A stretch of 64,000 bases of DNA from assembly GCA_051362555.1 (NCBI GenBank), contig CM120646.1, positions 11,842,001-11,906,000 on the forward strand. The letters are read 5' to 3'. Positions 40,539-49,200 of the stretch are shown one piece after another; the stretch's first letter is position 1, and each line of letters opens with the position of its first letter. This DNA is from Lingula anatina (taxonomy: Eukaryota > Animalia > Brachiopoda). A program made the position numbers and the translations under genes. The notes beneath the pieces are model-generated. The model did not search any database, was not told the origin of the DNA, and saw only the letters and a list, made by a program, of their open reading frames with translations.

Positions 40539-41094
40539 GGGACATTAAAAAGTTAGGTTCTTACATTCCGCCATTTACCTACTTCGTCACAGCACACGAA
40601 CAGTAAGTTTCTTTGGCACGCCAGGCACTTACCACGCAAAATAAAGTGTATAGCAACATTACTATCATTTATGTTATTCAAAAAACGATACGATTAACAT
40701 GAATAAATGATCCCACGTTTATTGATTTCAGACACAATCTGTTCTCAGCACACGATTGGCTTACGCACCATGCAAATTTTTCAAGTACAAAAATGCCACT
40801 TGCATAATGTGAAACAGATCGATATGTTAACTAGGCTAGGTAACTAACAGTTCAGGAGAAAGCAACAGAGCAATAAGAATATAGAAGGAGGAATATACGG
40901 GAACACTTAAACGTTGAGATTCGTTTAGGCAGATGGTAACTACCTCATAAAATTCAGCAGTTTACCTTCAAAAACTTAGGAAATACTCATTCTATTAAAA
41001 CATTTATTTATTGAGATTTGTGTGCAATTCATAAATTATCAACGATTTAATAGAGACCCAAAAGCAGCCACGCTATAAGCCACTGATCGTCCAA

Positions 41095-41634
41095 ATGACG
41101 GCAGACGGAACACAGCTCAGACAGGTTTCCTTAAAGAGGGCGGGATCTACTCGTCCAGAAGAAGAAACATTGGAAATATTCATCAAAAAAATGAAAGGCC
41201 CATCTCCTCCGGCTCAAAATCGAAGAGGAAGACGATTGATCCGAGCAGCCAACCGAATAGAACAACGCCACCCCGTAAAGGTGACACAAAAGGCCAAAGC
41301 GTTTGTCATGTCTAACGGGAAACGGACGACTAAAAAAGAGGAAACAGCAACAACTGTCCCGTCAAAGAGCCAAAAAACTACGCCAGTACAGGGCTGTGTA
41401 TCCTGTGATCGTGCAAAGGCAAAATCAATCGAGCAAAGGCGTAAAATGGAGATGTTTTTGTACCAGCTGAAAGAAACAATGAACAATCTTGCTACTCTTT
41501 ACACCGAAATGGAGAACTCTATTGGTGGACCTTTACGGTGGAAAAACGACCAGTATGCCCGCTCCACGTACGAATATCTCGCAAACATGTGTGACAATTA
41601 CAACCCAGAGTTAAGGGTACAATTTTGTTTATAA
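41095..41634 (+). CDS. Uncharacterised basic protein with CxxC and a helical/coiled-coil-like C-terminus, copy 1 (partner ORF; true start uncertain)
   Basis: 179-aa ORF homologous to 45664-46272. Lys/Arg-rich N-half, then CVSCDRAKAKSIEQRRKMEMFLYQLKETMNNLA. The 5' end is shifted by 1 nt relative to copy 2. Confidence 0.55.
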   Translation: MTADGTQLRQVSLKRAGSTRPEEETLEIFIKKMKGPSPPAQNRRGRRLIRAANRIEQRHPVKVTQKAKAFVMSNGKRTTKKEETATTVPSKSQKTTPVQGCVSCDRAKAKSIEQRRKMEMFLYQLKETMNNLATLYTEMENSIGGPLRWKNDQYARSTYEYLANMCDNYNPELRVQFCL

Positions 41635-42332
41635 ACCTTAACATTGACACACTTACTGACCACGTAATTTCACTTTGTTTAAACGAGGTGAATCTGGAAC
41701 GGATAGCAAAGACCTGCTCGCAATATACTATGTTAGTTCGTGATATGGACGTGATAGGGGCGCTCTACATACGGTTAACATACTCAATGCATTTTTTTCT
41801 AGCCGCTAATTACCCGTAAGGAAAACGGTAAGAGAGGAAAACAGCGCATGTACTGCATATGTATTGCTTATGTATTGCGGATGGTTTGCGGATGTATTGC
41901 GCATGTCACCCGCAACCCAAATTTTGGGCAGCTCAAAAATCTCGCCAACGGAAAAAAGTGCCTCTGCGGATAATTGCAGACGTGAGTGGATGCTGGCCGA
42001 ATGATGCAAGCATGCATCACGAATATTGCGGGTGTTAAGCAAATATCAACCAATTTTTACGCAGTTCATGCAAAATTCATCCTAAACGCCTGTGGGACTG
42101 GGCCTCTAACCGTCACGTGTCTGTGTCAATGTGTTAACTCATAATAATTAGAAGTACTACTATATTGTACATATACAATGGATAAAATTGCTGCCGTTTT
42201 GTGTTGTCGTTGGATAATTTGGCTATCAAACGCCAATTCTATGTATTATTTAATAAGATAAACCTGTAAATAAATTGTGATAATTAATCTTATTTTACTC
42301 TTTTCAGTTTTCAAAATCTCTATTACTATTAA

Positions 42333-42675
42333 AGGGATAATAACTCTTCGTATGAGGTCTATATTTCACAATAAAAACATTGTGAATAACTCACAGAAAT
42401 ATAATATATTCTGTTTTATGACAAAAACAGCAGTTATAGCTATTATTTAGATATCTGAGCTTGTCTTCAGACCACGTGACCTCCACTGATAGCTACATGT
42501 ATACTCTGTTATAATCTCTTAAGAGATTTTAACAAAAAACAAACTTTTTAGAAAAAAAACCAGGGACTAACTTTCAATGTAAAAATGGATTCATTAACCA
42601 TTGGTAAGTATGGGGAAATTGTTGTTTACTCCAGGAAAATTCATTTTTTGGCCAAAACGAAGAGTTATTATCCCT
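42333..42675. mobile_element. Non-autonomous DNA transposon with TTAA target duplication (Kolobok-like termini)
   Basis: ttaa|agggataataactcttcgt ... acgaagagttattatccct|ttaa: perfect 19-bp TIR. Purine-starting ends fit Kolobok better than piggyBac (CCC). Confidence 0.85.
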
Positions 42676-43034
42676 TTAATTTCATTGACGTATTCTGGAA
42701 GAATTGTTTATATCAAAGCAACAAATGTTGATTTCTATAAAAAATATTAAAACCTGCGGTCTGTTTTTAACAATCACTGATTTTATCACAAGTAATGAAG
42801 GACGGGACAGGGGTAAAATAATATCATGTACATAATATTACTTAAGTTCATTTTTACAATAAAAGAGGCGAGCGTTCTATTATTGAACCAACAAAACTAC
42901 CCTTTAAGCATTAACTCAAGTTTTTCATTGGGAATACAAGCACTCCAAAACATACGTATTATTTGGGAACAATGTAAAAATTTGCAAAGTCACTAATATC
43001 GATTTATTGATTCACATATTTTTCAAAATTCTTA

Positions 43035-43341
43035 GCAATTATTGACTTAGGCTGAGGTTGATTTGTTTTTTCGCAATTTTCATAAAAGAGATATCGACTT
43101 TAGCAGATGTCAAACATTTTATGACAGCATTTAAGTAGGTGTCCTGAGAACAAAACAAGTGCTGGTCGAATTTTCAAAGTGAGTAAAACGCAATTATTGA
43201 CTTTGGCTGAGGTTGATTTGTTTTTTTCGCAAGTTTCATAAAAGTTATATCGACCTTAGCAGATTGTCAAACATTTTACAACAGAATTTTAGTAGGTGTT
43301 CTGAGAACAAAACATGTGCTGATCGAATTTTCAAAGTGAGT
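43035..43341. repeat. Two-copy 155-bp tandem repeat
   Basis: gcaattattgactt.ggctgaggttgatttg ... gaattttcaaagtgagt starts at 43035 and again at 43190. Confidence 0.9.
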
Positions 43342-43989
43342 TCTCAAAGTGAGTAAAATAAAATCAATTATTTTTGCCAAATAAGTCTTCATGAATCTGT
43401 TCGATCTCAAGTGTGTTATGAACTCAAACAAATTACTTTTAGGGTCCGTTATTAACCATTTCTTTGTCGTTATACCATGACTTGGAGGCTAAGACTGGGA
43501 TTTTTTACGTTTCAATGGTGCGAGTTGGCAAATAGGAGCACAAAAAAGCAACTTTCGCAATGAGTCAAAATGAATGACTCAGTCATTGCATATTACAGCT
43601 GAAAATAAGGAATTCTTCGCGCCATGGCTAAAACGTACGTAACGTATATTCCGCTGAAAAATGTCCGAAGAAAATTATACTTATCCAAGCACTTAGTGCA
43701 GAAGGTATTATTAGTTAATGGCAATGCACAAAATTTGGATGCACTTTATTTCTTAATAAAAGATGTCATTGATCGAAATGTCTTTTGATATATACGATTT
43801 ATTTTCTCAGATATGAATAAATGAGTATTTGTTGTTGCAAGCCGTAGGAAGCATAAAAAAGATTACTCACCAATACAATGTCTAAAATTGCAATAAAGAT
43901 GGAACAAATCATAAAACATTCGTTTTATTTTTTTTTTTTTATCATATTTAGAAAACTCCCTTTATAATCTGTTAAGTGTTTTGACCGAA

Positions 43990-44701
43990 TTAGTTTTCTT
44001 TGACATGAAACACCTTACAAATATCAGTACATTCATCTTCGATGGGCCTGTGCTGTGCCCAAGTTTGTGGTTGTGATCCAGTAGCCTTAACATGACCATC
44101 CTTAAAAATTTCTGCATGGGCACCTATAGTATAAATCAAACACACAATTTTAGTTTCTTTACCTTTTCGAAATCGCATACGACGGTACATTAGCCGGAAG
44201 TCAGAATTATGACCACGTAAACACGCGTGATACAAATTATCTTCTACTTTAGAATTGCAACTGCTGGTAGGACGGTATCGTGGATCGTTTTCGAGTTCTG
44301 GCACTTTACTGGTCAAGAGTTTGTGCTCATTCTTTTCATAGTCCCTATACAGCTCTTGTTCATGCGATAACGCCACTAAACAGGGTAGTACATGGCCAGA
44401 AAGGTCGGGATGTGACTCGAAGGATTTTTTAAATTAAGAAACAGATTTAAACTGTATTTCTAAATTCCCTGGAATTATTTTTGCTTTCTTTTCTACAACC
44501 CCTGGATTTGTGATCGATTTCCTTTTCACTGTTCGTCGTAGAAAGAACCCCGACGGCTTAATGTTGGCTAATTGACAATGGACATAAGAAACGCCATAAC
44601 TCAACATAAAGAACCTGTCTTCATTGTCCTTAATATAATACCTGAGTTAACTTCGTTAAGAAATATCTTAAATAAATGCAAGATGCGGTTGTGTTCCACG
44701 A

Positions 44702-44735
<34 letters not shown>

Positions 44736-45179
44736 TTGTGTAGGAGAGAGAGAGAGAGAGAGAGAGAGATCAATTTTCAAAAAGTGTCTCTTTCAAGCAA
44801 AAAAAGGATACATCATCAGATCATCAGCTTCTCCATTAATGAAACAATTTCTTAGTAACTTCATAAGCCTTTCCCATTCTCCCTCCATTAAATTCACCCT
44901 TGGATCCGACATAAAAAGTTGTTTCGCTTGATTTATGTTTAAGAGAACTTCCTCCATGTCCTTGGTTGATAGATCGCGTTCCTCCAAGGAGAAGGACCCC
45001 TCTTTTTTAGCAGCTAATCTATAGTAATTTTCTTTGGTCAAGCCAAAACAGCAAACGGCCTCATCATCCCCTTTCATAGTATTGTCAGTCATATCAGTAT
45101 CACAAACAGCTCGGTCTTCAGGCCCTAACACTGGGTACCACTGGGTAACACCGAGTACCACTGGTTGTGCCTCGGCCAT
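43990..45179 (-). pseudogene. Two-exon gene with C-terminal RelE/YafQ-like domain, copy 2 (exon 1 open; one in-frame TAA in exon 2; 339 aa if read through)
   Basis: Exon 1 45179-44812, phase-2 intron 44811-44642 (GT-AG, microsatellite inside), exon 2 44641-43990. Spliced frame reads ...GEADDLMM|YYIKDNEDRFF...LEIQFKSVS*FKKSFESHPDL...LYHACLRGHNSDFRLMYR...IYTIGAHAEIF. The TAA is at 44436-44434. Confidence 0.7.
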
Positions 45180-45663
45180 CGTGGGACATCAAAAAAGTTT
45201 TTTAGAAAGTTAGGTTCTTATATTCCCCCCTCTACCTCCTTCGTAACAGCACGAGAACAGCAAGTTTCTTTCCCACGCCAGGCACTTACCACGCAGTAAA
45301 GTGTATAGCAACATCACTATCATTCTTATTATTCAAGAAACGATACAATAACATGAATAATTGAAATATTGATTTTAATTGCAGGCACAATCCGTTCTCA
45401 GCACACGCTCCATGCAAATTTTTCAAGTCCAAAAATGCCACCTGCATGAGAAACAAATCGATATATAAGCTAGGTAACTAGCAGATCAAGAGAAAACAAC
45501 GGAGCCTTCGGAGTATAGGAGGATAATACGGTAGCACTCAGACGCTGAGATTCGTTTATGATTCTATTAGGCAGATGCCAAAAGCCTCATGAAATCCAGC
45601 AGTGCACATTAAAAAAAATAGGAAACACCCATTCTATTTAAACATTTATTTATTGGGATTTGT

Positions 45664-46272
45664 GTGCATTTCAAAAAATATCAACGTCCTAATAGTTGCC
45701 CCAAAGCAGCCACGCCAAAAGCCGCTGATCCAAATGAAGGATCCGAATCACATCTTAAGCATGTGTCCTTAAAGAGAGCGGCATCTACTTATCAAAGAGA
45801 AGAGACAATGGAAAGGATTAGCAAAAAAATGAAGGGTTCATCCCCTCCGGCTCAAAATCGAAGGGGAAAACGATTAATCCAAACAGCCAGTCGAACAGAA
45901 CAACGCCACTCCGTAAAGGAGATCCAAAATGACAAAGCGTTTGTCATGCCCAGCGAGAAACGGAAAACTATAAAAGAGGAAATAGCAACAACTGTCCCGT
46001 CAAAGACCCCAAAAACGACGTCAGTACAGGCCTGTGTATCCTGTGATCGTGCAAAGGCAAAATCAATCGAGCAAAGGCGTAAAATGGAGATGTTTTTGTA
46101 CCAGCTGAAAGAAACAATGAACAATCTTGCTTCTCTTTATTTCGAAATGGAGAACTCTATTGGTGGACCTTTACGGTGGAAAAATGACCAGTATGCCCGC
46201 TACACGCACGAATATCTCGCAAACATGTGTGACAATTACAACCCAGAGTTAAAGGTAAAGTTTTGCGCATAG
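45664..46272 (+). CDS. Uncharacterised basic protein with CxxC and a helical C-terminus, copy 2 (partner ORF)
   Basis: 202-codon open frame. The track start is a GTG; the first ATG is at 45808. The C-terminal ~80 aa are almost identical to copy 1. Confidence 0.55.
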   Translation: MHFKKYQRPNSCPKAATPKAADPNEGSESHLKHVSLKRAASTYQREETMERISKKMKGSSPPAQNRRGKRLIQTASRTEQRHSVKEIQNDKAFVMPSEKRKTIKEEIATTVPSKTPKTTSVQACVSCDRAKAKSIEQRRKMEMFLYQLKETMNNLASLYFEMENSIGGPLRWKNDQYARYTHEYLANMCDNYNPELKVKFCA

Positions 46273-49200
46273 ACACTAAAACTGACGAAATAACTGACCA
46301 ATCTGTAAGCTTGCAAACAAGCTATTCAACTGAACGGTTGAAAACTTATTGAATGAAAGCGGGCAAAATTGTCAGAGGATGCCCCTTGATTCATTTGAAA
46401 TCTTTTGTGAGGGTTTTGTAGCTGACCTGGATTCGTAGATTGGTAACTAGTGACAAGATAGTTAATAAACTTTTCTCTTATGCCAAGGGCACGGACCCTC
46501 AAAATTGATTCAGTTTGAAGCGGACTTCTCAAAACAACTATTTCAAAATACAACTAATCAATTTTGGACTAAGGTCCCTCATTACTCTAATGATAGAAGT
46601 GGAGGAATCTGGACAACGCCAATCTGGTATAACTCTTCCTTTCAAATAGAATTTTAAAAACATGGTTATTGTTAAAAAATCTTTACGATAAAGGTTGTCA
46701 TATTATACAAGATGTGTTTCACTGTGAATGGGAGTTTGGAACATAGGAACATGTTAGAGATGGGTAAGAGATACATATTCATTTACTGTTAATAATGGGC
46801 AATCCTAATTTTTTTATCTAGTTCATATACCGAAATGCAAATGAGGCGTTACCTTATAATTTGGCTCTCTTCCCAAGTGCAAGCCAAACAGTATATGAAA
46901 AGACTTCAAAGGGTTTAGGCGCGCGCGCGCGCGCTCGCGCTCGCGTGTGTGTGTGTTTGATATCTATCAAACCCCAAAAACTGAACAAAAATGTGAACAA
47001 AATGTGGGTGTCAGAAAATCATGGCAACAAACTTACAAAAATAAACTTGTTAATGTTCAGGAAGTGACAGTAAACGTCCACCTTCGGTAAATGTAAATAT
47101 TTGATTAATAATACATATTGTAGCTTTTGTAAGATATTTTAGAAATGTTTATTCAACGGACGTGGATTATGTTTTAATCTATACGGAGATACACGTGTAA
47201 CACAATAATTGCTTTATGGCTCTTATACGTGTGCAGTTGATGTTTCTTATAGTGTAAGTGAAAAATTTTGACAAACATTGTATTTACACGGTGTATTTGC
47301 TATTACAGAGTAACTCACCTTATTTCATCTGACAGTACTTACGGTACAAGATCTTATCTCATTTTACTTTTAGTACGAAAAGAGCGGAATTTGAATAATA
47401 ATTATAAAAAAGATGTATAGATGTAAGCTAATATCTCATAATATATCAAAATATCTTATTAGTTCACGTTTGTTATGCAGTATTTAAACGTATTTGTGCA
47501 AAGACATCTTTTTTGCTTCTTTGGCTTTTCGATGCTTATTACTTAATTATTTGTGTTATTAATGTTTTACTGAACACATGTCTATATCACGGCATCACAT
47601 GTCGCTTTTCAAAATAAATGCCTTTAACTGGCAGCCATTCCCCTCTTTTCATAACAAGTAGTAATCGAGTACTTAAGCAGAGGTGATATCTTATTCTCCG
47701 CAATCCATTTTTTCGACAACAGAGAGCATTGTTCTATTCTTGAATAAATAAAACTACCCATAAAAGCTGCGCTTTTGTCCCATGTAACTTCTGTAGAATA
47801 TCAATATTTCACCACTTTTTGCCTAGATATACAGTTTTTTATCGATTAGAACATAACAAGGGGAGAGACAACTACAATAACCTATGAGTAGACACAATTT
47901 TAAAGGAACTCTTGCTATTCTATCTCTGTCACTTGCAATATCGTCACCAGGGAAATGTCTAATTTGTTGTCATGGAGGTTAATAACAATGGGAGAACGAT
48001 GATGGGCTTCCTGTAATTGTAGAAGCACGTGTTTGGTTCTATCCAACAATGAGGATGAGGATGAACTGTTTCAGTTCTCAAACTGTAAAGGGAATTAAGT
48101 AAAAAATTAATTTTATTTTAATTAAAATCCATTTAAATATACATGTACACCCATAAAGGATGGGATTGAGTAGTTCCAGTCAATGCTGCTTTAAAGGTTC
48201 TGTAAGGGTTTTAATTTATGATCATCCAGTTACCATTAATGAGGTTTTTCTTGCATCTTATTGAAAAATAATTCGTCTACTTTTGTGTCGATTAAAAAAA
48301 TATGTAATAAAAATCCCTTCGAAAATATAAAATTTTGTTGTTTATATCTCACGCTGCTAAGCATAATCATAGGCACTTGAAAACATTTATTGTCAATTTA
48401 ACACCTTTCTATTTTGAGGTGAGATAGTAATCATTATGGGACGTAACTCAATCCGTGAACAAGATTTTATCACAAAGATTAGCATAGGTGACGACAAGTC
48501 TATGTGCTTCAATCCCGCGCTGTTATTTTGGTTTGAAAAATTTTTCATAGACATCATCGAACAAAGTCTTTATTTTGCCATATTAACGATAAAATCTGAA
48601 TTAAAGTTTTTTAGAAAAATCGCTGGCAGGGTATTGAAGCACTCTGTGGTGCCATTAATTTGGCGCTAAAACGGTGTTCGTGGGTGGTCAGGTAAAGGAG
48701 ATATTTGAGGAACTGATTTTGCATTTTTACCCAAAAATATTTAATTTGACGATGACGATATAATGAAATTTATGTAAATGCTTAGGAATTTAGTCATTTA
48801 ACACTGAAGATTCATCTATTATCCAAAAGAAGTATGTAATGCAGTGAATAAGGATCTTTTTGACCAAACCTGACATTATAGATTTTGCCTTAAAAACGTT
48901 CAGATCAGCATCCGTCATATTGAGTAAAAGTCACGTTCTAATAATTCTTACTTTAAGATGCATTAGGTGCTCAATTTGAAATGTGTTAGATGTCACGCCG
49001 ATGTTGGCTGTTGTGTTATAAATCTGCATTCTTCAACACTGAAAATGCCGGTTTAAGTTTTTTCTAAATATCTATCTTAATTTGATAGATTCTGTTGTTG
49101 TACTGATCACATGCACACGCATAAACGCACAAAACTGTATATGTATAAGAAAACGTATCACACTTCACATTTTTATTCCTCCAGGAAGAAAAAAGACATT

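Larger units (their letters stand above)
39030..41665. repeat. Duplicated head-to-head two-gene module, copy 1
   Basis: Collinear with ~43790-46300 from 'atacgattt.ttt...caga..tgaataaat' to 'actgacca', at an offset of ~4.65 kb. Confidence 0.85.
43790..46300. repeat. Duplicated head-to-head two-gene module, copy 2
   Basis: Collinear with ~39030-41665. Confidence 0.85.

Noticed and set aside
41790-42105. GC-richer segment resembling an internal or one-ended TIR element next to cassette 1
   Set aside because: Only one candidate terminus seen; cannot be classified or shown to mobilise the cassette.
39030-46300. Idea that the cassettes are bacterial contamination or an intact transposon
   Set aside because: Both copies have a conserved GT-AG intron containing a microsatellite and sit among animal genes. 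No TIRs, LTRs, target duplications or transposase motifs bound the unit.
47940-48090. Possible decayed PHD-finger-like fragment (KCLICC...EDEDELF..SNCK)
   Set aside because: Requires frameshifts and stops, and has no supporting context.
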